A DNA stretch of 64,000 nt, from contig BTVJ01000031.1 of assembly GCA_045863395.1 (NCBI GenBank), forward strand, positions 20,186-84,185. The letters are read 5' to 3'. The notes beneath the pieces are model-generated. The model saw only the letters and a list, made by a program, of their open reading frames with translations, was not told the origin of the DNA and made no database searches. The translations under genes and the position numbers were made by a program. This DNA comes from Myxococcales bacterium (lineage in GTDB: Bacteria > Myxococcota_A > UBA9042 > JABWCM01 > BTVJ01). Below are positions 19,280-31,500 of this stretch, in pieces. Numbering within the stretch: the first letter of the stretch is position 1; each line of letters begins with the position of its first letter.

Positions 19280-20803
19280 TCACCGCCCTGCCACGACCCG
19301 CACGAGCGCCGTCAGCCACCGCACGTGCCGCGCCAGGCTCTGGCGGCTCGTCAGCTCCTTCTCGCTCTCCGGCGCGAAGTAGCCGGTGCCCAGGTTGGCG
19401 ACGGGGATGCCAACGGCCAGGAACGGGTCCACGCCCGTCCCGCCGCGGATCGGCTGGCGCACGATGCGCTCGCCCACCGCCTGCGCCGCCGCCTCGGCCC
19501 ACGCGACCAGCTCCGGGTGGGGCGCCAGGGCCGGGCCCATGTTGACGTACTGGTGCTCCACGTCCACGTCGCGGGCCAGGGCGCGCACGTCGGCGATGCG
19601 GGCGGCGAGGCCCTCGGGGGTGAAGTCGCGGATGCGGTACTCCACGATCCACCCGCCCCGGTGCACGACGGCGTAGGGGTTGGTGTAGCCCTGGTGCCCG
19701 GTGCTGTGCTCGCTCAGGACGGGGGTCACGCGCGCTTCACCGAGAAAGGCCGCCACGTGGGCCAGCGCGCGGCGCAGCCCGTCGTCGGCGGTGATCCGGG
19801 CCACGGGCCGCTCCTCGACGACGGTGGCGGCGGCGCCGCGGCGCGCGTGGGGGGCGATCTCGGCTGCGAGCGCCTCCAGCAATACCCCGCGAGAGTCCGG
19901 GGTCACGGCGAAGGTCACGGTGGCGTCCACCTCGGCGGCGGGGCTCTGCACCCACGCGATGGGGACCGCGACCGCGTCTTCGAGCGCGGCCAGCGCGCGC
20001 GCCACGATGACGGTCGCGTTGCGGTACCCCTCCGCCTTGGCGGTGGCGCCGTGGCTCTTGACCCCATCCACCCGGACAGTGAGGGTGGGGAGCTGCATCG
20101 CCAGCGGACGCCCCTGGAAGCGGACGCGGGCGCGAGCGGCGTTGAAGTTCTCGACGTTGACCTCGAAGCGGTCCAGACCGTCGACGGTGTAGCCGTGGCG
20201 CACACCCTCTGCGGCCAGCTCCGCGGCCAGGCCCACGACGGCCTCCATGCGACCGATCTCCTCGTCGGGGCGGAACACCAGCAGGAGCGGGCCGTGCGGC
20301 AAGGCCCGGTCGTCCGCCAGCACCTGCGCCAGGGTCATGAGCTGCGCCATGCCCAGCTTGTCGTCCAGCCCGACGGGCGCCAGGCCCGGCCCGTGGAGCA
20401 GGTCCTCCCCGACGTAGGGCAGGAGCTCCGGGTAGTCCTCCACCGACACGTGCAGCCGGTCGTTGGCGGGGTAGTCGACCAGGCGGCCGTCCCAGCCGGG
20501 CACTACCTGGAGCCGCGGGACCGCGCTCGTGCCCTCGGCGGTGTCCATGTGGACCATCAGGGCGAGCGGAGGCAGCGCCTCGCAGCCGGGGGACCCGGGT
20601 ATGCTCACGATCAGGTTGGCGTTGGCGTCGCGCCGCGACGAGCACCCGAGCTCACCGAAGAACCGCGCCAGCTCCTCGGCGAGACGCACCTGTCCGTCGC
20701 TGGACGGGATGGTGCCGCTCGCCTCGCGGCTCTGGGAGTCGATGGCGATGACGCGCTCCAGGTTGGCGGTGCCGAGGGCGGCGAGGGTCGAGAGGTCGTG
20801 CAT
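19280..20803 (-). CDS. Peptidase T-like M20 metallopeptidase with an enlarged lid domain
   Basis: HMDT, GLDDKLG, FRPDEEIG, YTVDG, ENFNAA, YRIRDF, QYVNM and PIRGGT match the PepT motif order; GGAGG RBS. Confidence 0.8.
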   Translation of the reverse strand: MHDLSTLAALGTANLERVIAIDSQSREASGTIPSSDGQVRLAEELARFFGELGCSSRRDANANLIVSIPGSPGCEALPPLALMVHMDTAEGTSAVPRLQVVPGWDGRLVDYPANDRLHVSVEDYPELLPYVGEDLLHGPGLAPVGLDDKLGMAQLMTLAQVLADDRALPHGPLLLVFRPDEEIGRMEAVVGLAAELAAEGVRHGYTVDGLDRFEVNVENFNAARARVRFQGRPLAMQLPTLTVRVDGVKSHGATAKAEGYRNATVIVARALAALEDAVAVPIAWVQSPAAEVDATVTFAVTPDSRGVLLEALAAEIAPHARRGAAATVVEERPVARITADDGLRRALAHVAAFLGEARVTPVLSEHSTGHQGYTNPYAVVHRGGWIVEYRIRDFTPEGLAARIADVRALARDVDVEHQYVNMGPALAPHPELVAWAEAAAQAVGERIVRQPIRGGTGVDPFLAVGIPVANLGTGYFAPESEKELTSRQSLARHVRWLTALVRVVAGR

Positions 20804-20891
20804 GGGGGCTCCTCCAGGGGCCGCACCCTAGCAGAGCGGTGGGGTCCCTGCCAGTGGAGCGAGGGCACCACCCGTGCTATAACGGCGGCCC

Positions 20892-22226
20892 ATGAAGATC
20901 ACCCGACGCGACGCCCTCCGAATCGCCGCGGGGGCCCTCCTGGCGCCAACGGCCCTCGCCGCGCCCAAGAATAAGACCCGTGGCCTCACGCCGCCGTCGG
21001 CCCCCTTGCCGTTGCCTCCTTGGAGCTACGGCACGTCCAGCGCGGCGACGGACACCGTGCTGATGTTCCGCGGCAACCCGGCGCACACCTTCTACGGGAC
21101 CGGCCCCATTCCGACCGCACCGAAGCAGCTCTGGACCTTCAAGCTCGGCTTCCTGGAGCGCATGCTCCGCGACAAACCCAAGCGGTGGGTGGGCACCGGC
21201 TGGACGGGGCAGGCGGCGAAGCTCGGCGGGTGGGTGTTCATCGGCGCCGTGGACGGCTTCCTCTACGCGCTGGACGCGGAGACGGGCGCGCTGGGCTGGA
21301 AGCTCCAGGGCGGCGACATGTTCAAGTGCTCGGTCTGCGTCTACGAGAACCGCCTCTACATCGGCAACGTGGACAACCACCTGCGCTGCGTGGACGCGGC
21401 GACCGGCGAGCTCGTCTGGTCCATCAACACGGGCAAGGATCTCGACTCCTCGCCCTGCGTCGTGGGCGACCGCCTCTACGTGACCGGTGAGAGCGGCTAC
21501 GCCTGGTGCATCGAGCCGCGGACGGGGAAGGTCATCTGGAAGACCCACATCGGCGGCACGGGGCCCGGCACCCTGCTCGGCAGCAACGGGTCGGAGACCT
21601 CGCCAGCCGTCGTCGACGGCGCCCTCTACGCAGCCACCTACGACGGCGTGCTCCTGTGCCTCGATACGGCCACCGGCAGGATCCGCTGGAAGGCCAACAC
21701 GGGAGACGACACGGACGTCTCGCCGGTCGTCTCCGGCGGACGCCTGGTGATCGCGCCTGAGGAGGCGGCCCCCTTCGTCCTCTGCTTCGACCTGGAGGGC
21801 CGCCTCCTCTGGAAGTTCGACGAGGCCAAGGGCGAGGCCGACTCAGCACCGCCACCACCGGCCTCAAAGGAGCGCACCAACGGCAGCGGCACCTACGGTG
21901 GCCAGGGCTACTGGTCCACCCCGGCCGTGGTCGACGGCAAGGTCTACGCGGCCTCCCAAACGGGGCGAGTACACCGCCTCAGCCTCGAGACCGGCGCACC
22001 GGACTGGTCGGTCAAGATGGGCGCGTCCATCTGGAGCTCCCCCTGCGTGGTCGACGGCAGGGTGGTCTTCGGCAGCTCCAAGGGCACCCTGAACATGCTG
22101 GACGCGGCCACCGGCGCCGAGGTGTGGAGCCACCCCCTCAGCGGAGGCTGCATCAGCACGCCGTGCATCGTTGGGGGGCGCATCTATGTCGGTGACGGGG
22201 GCGGGACCTTCCACTGCTTCGGGTGA
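20892..22226 (+). CDS. Tat-exported PQQ-like/BamB-type beta-propeller protein
   Basis: TRRDALR twin-arginine signal; MFRGNPAHT; repeated LYALDAETGxxxW / SSPxV blades. Confidence 0.85.
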   Translation: MKITRRDALRIAAGALLAPTALAAPKNKTRGLTPPSAPLPLPPWSYGTSSAATDTVLMFRGNPAHTFYGTGPIPTAPKQLWTFKLGFLERMLRDKPKRWVGTGWTGQAAKLGGWVFIGAVDGFLYALDAETGALGWKLQGGDMFKCSVCVYENRLYIGNVDNHLRCVDAATGELVWSINTGKDLDSSPCVVGDRLYVTGESGYAWCIEPRTGKVIWKTHIGGTGPGTLLGSNGSETSPAVVDGALYAATYDGVLLCLDTATGRIRWKANTGDDTDVSPVVSGGRLVIAPEEAAPFVLCFDLEGRLLWKFDEAKGEADSAPPPPASKERTNGSGTYGGQGYWSTPAVVDGKVYAASQTGRVHRLSLETGAPDWSVKMGASIWSSPCVVDGRVVFGSSKGTLNMLDAATGAEVWSHPLSGGCISTPCIVGGRIYVGDGGGTFHCFG

Positions 22227-22295
22227 GCGGGGACCGCGCCACAGGCCCCGTCCAGAGTTGAGAACCCGTCTTCGACCAGCAGAGCGAGGTGCGCC

Positions 22296-23912
22296 ATGAC
22301 CCACCGCATTGGTGCCCTGTGGCTGCTGCTAGCCGTGGTCGCGTGTGGCTCGGATCGAGGGTGCGCCGATGCCCCTCCGGCTCCCCGTCGGGAGGATCCT
22401 CCTCCGCCCGCGCGGGCCGAGCCCGTCTCCATCATCGTAGAGGCGGAGGCGAGCGGCTCTCCCGACGACGTCGAGGCGCTCGTCGCGGTCCCACTGGAGT
22501 CGGCGTTGCTGAGGATCCCGGGCGTGGAGGAGGTCGCGTCGACGGTGCGAGCCGGCCACTCGTCGAGCGCCGCCCGGTTCCGCTCGGGGGAGGACCCGCT
22601 CCGGGCCGCGGCGGCCGTGCGCGAGGCCCTGGAGGGCGCACGCCCCTCGTTCCCCGAGGGGACTCTCCCGACGGTGCGCATCGACACACGCCCGGTCCCC
22701 GCGGTGCGGCTGACGATCTCCGGCGCGCACCCATCGGACCGGAGCCTCGCCGAGGAGGTCAGCCGCCCGGCTCTGCTCACCCTCCCAGGCGTCGCGGAGG
22801 TCGCGCTCTGCGGTGGCCACTCGGCGCGCATCACCGTGCGCGCCGACCCCCGGCGCCTGGAGGCCCTGGGCCTGGAGGCCGCCGCTGTCCGCGACGCCCT
22901 CCGAAGCGCCCTGCTGGCGGCGTCGCCCCTGGTGCCGCCCAGCGCCGGCCCCGGAGACCTCGGGGACGTCGCCGTGGGCGCGGCCCGGGTCAGGGACGTC
23001 GCCACCATCGCGGAGGAGCTGATCCCCCTGCCGTGCATGGCGGCAGATCCGCGGGGAGCCGTCGTCCTCGTCACCGTGCTCGCCCGCGAGGACCAGGCCG
23101 AGGCAGTGACGGAGTCCGTGGCGCAGCGGATCGACGGCCTGGCACTCCCCCCGGACGCCGTCGTGTTGGCGCTCCCCCACGACCCGACCGTGCTGGAGCT
23201 CGACCTGCCACCGGACGTGGAGCCCAGCGCGGCGCTGGCGACCATGCGGTCCATCGCCGCGGAGGCAGGCCCGTGGGTCGGCACGCTCCAGACGCCTGAC
23301 CGCGCCACGCTGCTGCTCTGGACGGGCAGACCCGGTGCCGACGCGACGCGAGACCCGCTGGCGGCCGCGCTGCGCACCCCCGGGGTGACCGTGCGCCAGA
23401 GCTCGGGTGCGGCGCTGGTCCTGCGCCTCACGGGGGCTGACGCGGAGGGCGTCGTGGCGGCGGCGCGCGCGCTCGCGGAGGCGCCCCGCCCGGCCGGAGT
23501 CCTGGCGGTGGCCGCGCTCGACGTCGGCGAGGCCCCCGTGATCCGGGTCAAGCCCGATCATGCTGCGATCGCCGCCCACGGGCTGACGATCCAGGACGTG
23601 CTGGAGGCAGCGCACCCCGAGGGCGTCCGGGTCGGCGCCGTGCGCCAAGGCTCACGCTTCATCGACGTGGTGCTCCTGCCGGTCGAGGCCCCGACGGACG
23701 CTCGGCTCCGTGCCCACGATGGCGCAGCGGTGCCGCTGACCTCGGTGGCGACCATGGAGCTCGTCACCGAGCGGACCACCCGTCGTCGGGTCGACGGCCG
23801 GCCGATGGCCGATGTCGTGTTCCACCTGGAGGTGGGAGCAGACGCAGAGGCGGTACGCCGCTCGGTGAAGGTCGAGGCGCTCGGCGTCGAGGCCCGGTGG
23901 GTCACGCGGTGA
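22296..23912 (+). CDS. Lipoprotein made of AcrB/CzcA-like periplasmic (porter/docking) subdomains, with no transmembrane domain
   Basis: Lipobox LAVVAC. SPDDVEALVAVPLESALLRIPGVEEVAS, LPGVAEVAL, VRADPRRLEALGL, VRDVATI, GLTIQDV and VPLTSVATME…RRVDGRP resemble RND periplasmic segments; no internal TM helices. Confidence 0.65.
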   Translation: MTHRIGALWLLLAVVACGSDRGCADAPPAPRREDPPPPARAEPVSIIVEAEASGSPDDVEALVAVPLESALLRIPGVEEVASTVRAGHSSSAARFRSGEDPLRAAAAVREALEGARPSFPEGTLPTVRIDTRPVPAVRLTISGAHPSDRSLAEEVSRPALLTLPGVAEVALCGGHSARITVRADPRRLEALGLEAAAVRDALRSALLAASPLVPPSAGPGDLGDVAVGAARVRDVATIAEELIPLPCMAADPRGAVVLVTVLAREDQAEAVTESVAQRIDGLALPPDAVVLALPHDPTVLELDLPPDVEPSAALATMRSIAAEAGPWVGTLQTPDRATLLLWTGRPGADATRDPLAAALRTPGVTVRQSSGAALVLRLTGADAEGVVAAARALAEAPRPAGVLAVAALDVGEAPVIRVKPDHAAIAAHGLTIQDVLEAAHPEGVRVGAVRQGSRFIDVVLLPVEAPTDARLRAHDGAAVPLTSVATMELVTERTTRRRVDGRPMADVVFHLEVGADAEAVRRSVKVEALGVEARWVTR

Positions 23913-23996
23913 CCACCATGAGGGCGAGAAACCGGAGCGTTCTGAGGCGCCGCCTGGCGCTCGGTCAGGACGGAGGCGGGTGTCCCCGAACGTGCG

Positions 23997-25712
<1,716 letters not shown>

Positions 25713-25929
25713 CGCAGCCTCCCGTGTCAGTCGGCGCCGCGTCTATCATGGCGCCCTCGGGACCGCAAGGGGGTGCGTCGGTGCCGAGGCGCTCCGGGAC
25801 TCCGGGAGGGCGCCGCGGGACCGCCATGGCCGTATCGACAGCACCACCGAAGCGTGTCATCCTGCGAGAATCTGCACGGTGGCGAGCTGCTCCGCCCGCG
25901 GTCTCTCGTGGCGGAGGCTGGAGGTCAAG

Positions 25930-28491
25930 ATGCGTGCGCTCGTGGTCGCCCTGGGGGTGGTGCTCTGTGCTGGCTGCGTGGACGACGCCGGACCGCAGCC
26001 GGCTGCAGACGTCGGCGCAGGCGCGCCTGACGGGACCGACGGCACCGATGGAGACACCGCGGGCGGGGTGGACGCAGGTGGCTCGGACGCCACGACCGAC
26101 GCCGGCCCGCCCCAGGACGACGACGGAGACGCAGGGGTGGACGCGGGCGGAGATGCCGGGAGCGCCCCGGACGTTCAACTGGACGTCCACGCGGACGGCG
26201 GTGGCGCCCCGGACGTCCAGGACGGGGGCGGTACGGACGCCACGACGGACACCGGGCAGTCCCAGGACGATGGCGGCGACGCGGGAGATGACGCGGAGGG
26301 AGACACCGGGGCCATCCAAGACGTCCAGGTGGACGCCGGTACGACCGACACTGGCCAGACTGGGCAGGACGCGAGCGACGCGGCCGACGTACCTTGTCCG
26401 GGCGGCTGCGACGACGGCGACGCCTGCACCGTGGACTCCTGCGGCGCCAGCGGGTGCGAGTCCCAGGCCCTCACGTGCGACGACGGGCTCGCCTGCACGG
26501 TCGACGGCTGCGACGCGGCCATCGGGTGCACCGCGGTCCCGCTCGCCTGCGACGACGGGGACCCCTGCACGACCGACGCCTGCGCCGAGCCGCTGGGCTG
26601 CTCGCACGCGCCCACGACCTGCGACGACGGCAACGCCTGTACGGTGGACTCCTGCACGCCGGGCTCCGGGTGCGCCCACGCCCAGGTCTCCGGCTGCACG
26701 CCCTGCGTCTCGGTGCTGGCCTGCAACGACGGGGACCCCTGCACCGACGACGCTTGCACTGCGGGCGCATGCGCCCACACGCTGGCCACCTGCGACGACC
26801 TGAACCCCTGCACGGCCGACACGTGCGGTCCCGGCGGCTGCGCTCACCCCCCCGCCGAGTGCGACGACGGCGACGCCTGCACGACGGACGGCTGCGACCC
26901 GAGCAAGGGCTGCGCCCATGTGGCGCTCCCGTGCGACGACGGCGACGCCTGCACCGACGACCCGTGCGACCCGGTCAGCGGCGCCTGCGGCTACGTCCCG
27001 GTCGCCTGCGAGGACGGCGACGCCTGCACCGTGGACACCTGCCTGCCCTGGGCCGGGTGCGCGCACGACCCGACGAGCTGCAACGACCTCGACGGCTGCA
27101 CCGCCGACGCATGCGTCGCCGGCGCCTGCATCCACACGCCGCTTGCCTGCGAGGACGGCGACCCCTGCACGGCGGACGCCTGCGTGGAGGGCGTGGGTTG
27201 CGCTCACGAGCCGACCTCGTGTGACGACGGCGACGGCTGCACGGTGGACTCCTGTGGTGCCACGGGTTGCACGCATGTCCCGAAGCCCTGCGACGACGGC
27301 AATGCCTGCACGGCCGACTCGTGCACATCGGGTGGCTGCGCCCATGCTCCGATCCCCTGCGACGACGGGATCTTCTGCACCGTCGACGGCTGCAACCCGG
27401 CGAGCGGCTGCACCCACGCCACCCCGCCTGGCTGTGAGCCATGCGCCGCCGACGCACAGTGCGACGACGCCGACCCGTGTACCGCCGACGCCTGCACGGG
27501 GGCCAAGGTGTGCGCCCACACGCCGCTGCGAGGGTGCGCCACGTGCTCCAGCGACGCCCACTGCGCCGACGGCGACCCCTGCACCACCGACGCCTGCGAC
27601 CTCGCCTCGTCGCGCTGCGTCCACGCAGCCGTCCCCTGCGACGACGGCGATCCGTGCACCACCGACGCGTGCTCGCCGGTCTCGGGCTGCACCCACCTGG
27701 CGGACGTCTGCGACGACGGCGACCCGTGCAGCGCTGACGCTTGCACGCCGACCGGGTGCCTGCACACCCCTTCCCAGGCACCCGTGTGCGCCTGTGCCGG
27801 CCACGTGGACTGTGGCGACGGCGACGTCTGCACCGACGACCTCTGCGAGGCGGGCTTCTGCCGGCACCTCCCGGCGGGCTGCGACGACGGCCTCGCCTGC
27901 ACGGCGGACGCGTGCGCGCCGGGGGCCGGGTGCGTCTGGGCGGATCTCTGCGCGGACGGCGACCCCTGCACCGACGACACCTGCGGCCCGCAGAGCGTGT
28001 GCGAGCACGACTTCGCGTGCGACGACGGTGACCCCTGCACCGACGACCTGTGCTCGGCGACCCAAGGGTGCCGCAGCGAGCCCGTCGATTGCGGCGACGG
28101 CGACCCCTGCACCTTCGACACCTGCACCGCGGGCTCCTGCACCAGCGAGCCACTGGCGGGCTGCGCCCCCTGCACGTCGACGGCCCAGTGCGCCGACGCC
28201 GACCCCTGCACCAGCGACACGTGCGAGGACGGCACGTGCCACAACCGGCCGCTGCCGTGCGACGACGGGGACCTGTGCACCGCGGACTCCTGCTCCCTGG
28301 CCACGGGGGGATGCGCCCACGCGCCCCTCTCGTGCGACGACGGCCACCCCTGCACCGTCGATGGGTGCGACCCGGCCCACGGCGGCTGCTACGGGACGCC
28401 AGTGCTGTGCGACGACGGGGACGCCTGCACCCTGGACGCCTGCTCCTGGGCCAAAGGGGCCTGCATCCATGTCGCCATCTGTGGGGGTTGA
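25930..28491 (+). CDS. Cys-rich repeat lipoprotein (CDDGDPCTxDxC repeats)
   Basis: GGAGG RBS before the ATG at 25930; lipobox LCAGC; acidic linker; tandem Cys repeats. Confidence 0.85.
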   Translation: MRALVVALGVVLCAGCVDDAGPQPAADVGAGAPDGTDGTDGDTAGGVDAGGSDATTDAGPPQDDDGDAGVDAGGDAGSAPDVQLDVHADGGGAPDVQDGGGTDATTDTGQSQDDGGDAGDDAEGDTGAIQDVQVDAGTTDTGQTGQDASDAADVPCPGGCDDGDACTVDSCGASGCESQALTCDDGLACTVDGCDAAIGCTAVPLACDDGDPCTTDACAEPLGCSHAPTTCDDGNACTVDSCTPGSGCAHAQVSGCTPCVSVLACNDGDPCTDDACTAGACAHTLATCDDLNPCTADTCGPGGCAHPPAECDDGDACTTDGCDPSKGCAHVALPCDDGDACTDDPCDPVSGACGYVPVACEDGDACTVDTCLPWAGCAHDPTSCNDLDGCTADACVAGACIHTPLACEDGDPCTADACVEGVGCAHEPTSCDDGDGCTVDSCGATGCTHVPKPCDDGNACTADSCTSGGCAHAPIPCDDGIFCTVDGCNPASGCTHATPPGCEPCAADAQCDDADPCTADACTGAKVCAHTPLRGCATCSSDAHCADGDPCTTDACDLASSRCVHAAVPCDDGDPCTTDACSPVSGCTHLADVCDDGDPCSADACTPTGCLHTPSQAPVCACAGHVDCGDGDVCTDDLCEAGFCRHLPAGCDDGLACTADACAPGAGCVWADLCADGDPCTDDTCGPQSVCEHDFACDDGDPCTDDLCSATQGCRSEPVDCGDGDPCTFDTCTAGSCTSEPLAGCAPCTSTAQCADADPCTSDTCEDGTCHNRPLPCDDGDLCTADSCSLATGGCAHAPLSCDDGHPCTVDGCDPAHGGCYGTPVLCDDGDACTLDACSWAKGACIHVAICGG

Positions 28492-28556
28492 ACATGCTCC
28501 CCAGACGGGTCTACTCTGAGGTCACATCACCCCTCACTGGTCGCCGGAGGTCTCCC

Positions 28557-31500
28557 ATGACCTGCGCTCGCCTGTCGCGTTCCATCGTGGCGCTCGTGGC
28601 CCTCCTGTCCACCACCGCGCACGCCGACCCCCTCAGCCCCGTGGTCCAGGTGCAGGGCCTCGTGCAGACGGCCGGGGGCTCTCCGGCGTCGGGGGCGTTC
28701 CCCATGACCTTCCGCCTCTTCGGGCAGCAGGTGGGGGGCACCGCCCTCTTTACGCAGACCTTTGCGAGCGTGACGGTGACGACGGGACTCTTCGACGCGG
28801 CGGTGGGGCCTTTCCCGGATGGAGTCCTCGAGTCGGTCGCCGAGCCCTGGCTGGAGACGCAGGTGGGCACGGAGGTCATGCCCCGCACCCGCCTGCGCCC
28901 CGTCGCCTACGCGCTGGTGGCACGCACCGCCACCCTGGCGGCGACGGCGGCCGACCTCGCCTGCTCCGGCTGCGTGGGCGAGGACGAGCTCGGCGCCCCC
29001 TGGGCCCGCGCCGCCACCCCCGGCGGCGCGGCGAGCGACCTCGCCTGCACGGGCTGCGTGTCGGCCGCGGAGCTCGCTACCGGCGCGGTCACCTCCGCGG
29101 CAATCCAAGACGGCTCCATCGGCGCCGCAGACGTCGGCTTCCCCTACGCCGCGTCGACCAGCGTCGCCGGACCGGCCGTGGACCTCGCCTGTACGGGCTG
29201 CGTCGGCTCCACCGACCTCGCCGCCAACCTCACGCTGCAGGGCAACGTGACCACCACCGGCGGGCTGACCGCCTGCTCCGCGGGGCAGCCTGGGTGTGGC
29301 ATCATCCTCGGTCCCACGAAGCTCTCCAACGACAACGGCTTCCTGACCGTGCTCACGCAGGGTGGCGTGCGGGTCCGGAGCGAGGCCAACGACGCCTGGA
29401 GGCCCCTGGAGATGGGCGGCGGGCGCTCCTACGCGAAGTTCGTCGTCGATCCGGGCGACCTGACCGTCAGCGGCAAGGTGGGCGTGGGCATCGCCTCACC
29501 GGGGGCCTCCCTCCACGTGGCGGGCGACTCGATCTTCGGCGGCCCGGTGACCTTCGCCTCCACCGTCACCTACGGCGGCGACCTGCTGCTCGGCGGCAAC
29601 GTCGGCATCGGCACCAACAGCCCGGCGGCGCGCCTGGACGTGGTGGGGGGCATCAAGGCGAGCGGCCCCGTGCAGGTCGGGGTCGACAACGGCCCGTGCA
29701 ACCAGTCCAAGGTGGGGGCGCTGCGGTGGAGCGGCACCACCATCGAGTACTGCAGCGGCACCGCCTGGCAGGCCATCTACGACCCCGCGGCCACCGGCGG
29801 GAGCCAGACCGAGGCCGCCGCGTCCTGCCTCGCCATCCTCCAGAACGGCTACGCCAATGGCGACGGCTTCTACTGGGTCGACCCCAACGGCGGCTCCAAC
29901 AACGACGCCTTCCGCGTCTGGTGCGACATGACCACCGACGGCGGCGGCTGGACCCTGCTCTTCAACCTGGACTCCACCGACGGCGCCCGCCACGACCACG
30001 ACGACACCGCCTTCTGGCTCGGCACGGGGGTGGAGAACGAGATGACCAGCGCGCTGGCGACCGGCATCAAGACGCAGGCGTTCACGAAGATCGAGGGCGG
30101 CACGGAGATGATGGTCCTGGCCCACACCAAGGGGGTCAAGAAGGGCTTCGCCACCTACACCATCAAGCAGTCATACCGCGGCAAGTCCATGCACTGGCTC
30201 ATGAACAACGTGACGGCGGGCACGCTCACGTCGAAGCGCAAGGCGGCCGGGGGCACCGTGGGGGCGACCCTCAACGTGGACCGCCCGCAGCCTGAGTTTG
30301 GCGACCCGTTCATCAACCACGACGAAGCGCTCGTGGTCAACCGCCAGAACGCCTGGGGAGCCGCCGAGAACAAGGCCCGGCTGGCGACCACGCTCACGAA
30401 CACCAGCTATGGCCACACGTTCGACGGGTTGGGCGGGCGCCACTTCTATGGGGGGTGGGGCCTGATGTACGAGTCGGCGCCCATCACGTCCTACTGCGAC
30501 GAACGCAACCTCTACGGTGCCGACGGCAACTACGCAGGCCACCCGAGCGGCGGAAACGTCGCATCGACCCCCTCGTGCCGCCACGGCGCCTTCGCCTGGC
30601 TGCCCATCGACACGGCGGTCTTCGTGCGCGAGACGGACCTGACGGCCGAGAAGGACGGCTCCTCGCAGGTGCTGGCTGCCCCGTCATGCGCCGCATTGGC
30701 CTCCTTGGGCAAGGACCAGGACGGCCTCTACTGGATCGACCCGAACGGCGGCGCCACGGCGGACGCGTTCCCGATCTACTGCGATCTGAACAGCGCGGGC
30801 GGCGCCGGCTTCGAGGTGGTCGCCTCCTGCAAGGACGCGCTGGCCAAGGGGCTCTCGAAGGGCGACGGCGTCTACCTCATCGACCCGCTGACGCCCACCA
30901 CCGGGGCCAACCGGTTCCTGACCTGGTGCGACATGACCACCGACGGAGGCGGCTGGACGCTGCTGTTCAACCTGGACTCCGGCGACGGCGCCAACCACCA
31001 CTACGACGACACCGGCTTCTGGCTCGGGACGGGGACCGAGGGCTCCCCGGGCTCCGCGCTCACGGCGGGCTTCAAGTCAGCGGCCTACAGCAAGTTCGTG
31101 AAGTCCGAGGAGCTCCTCGTCGTGCTGCACCAGGGCGGCACCAAGAAGGGGCACGCCCGGTACGCGCTCTCGTCGCTCTTCAAGGGGCGCACCATGCACT
31201 GGATGCAGAACAACCTGGTGCACCAGCCGATCACCGGGGGGCGCGTGGCGGGCAGCGGCACGGCAGGCGCGACCCACAACACCCTGCGCCCGCAGTCTCA
31301 GTTCGGCGACCCCTTCATCGACAAGACGAGCCCGCTCATGATCAACCGCCAGACGGCGTGGGGCTCCGAGAATCGCGCCCGCGTGGCCACGACGCTGACC
31401 AACACCGAGTATGGCCACACCTTCGACGGCCTCGGTGGGCGGCACGAGTATGGCGGCTGGGGGACCCTCTACGAGTCGGCCCCCATCTCTTCCTACTGCG

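Noticed and set aside
28050..28556. N-terminal extension of the fibrinogen-like ORF
   Set aside because: Overlaps the upstream CDS; the RBS and signal peptide support the ATG at 28557.
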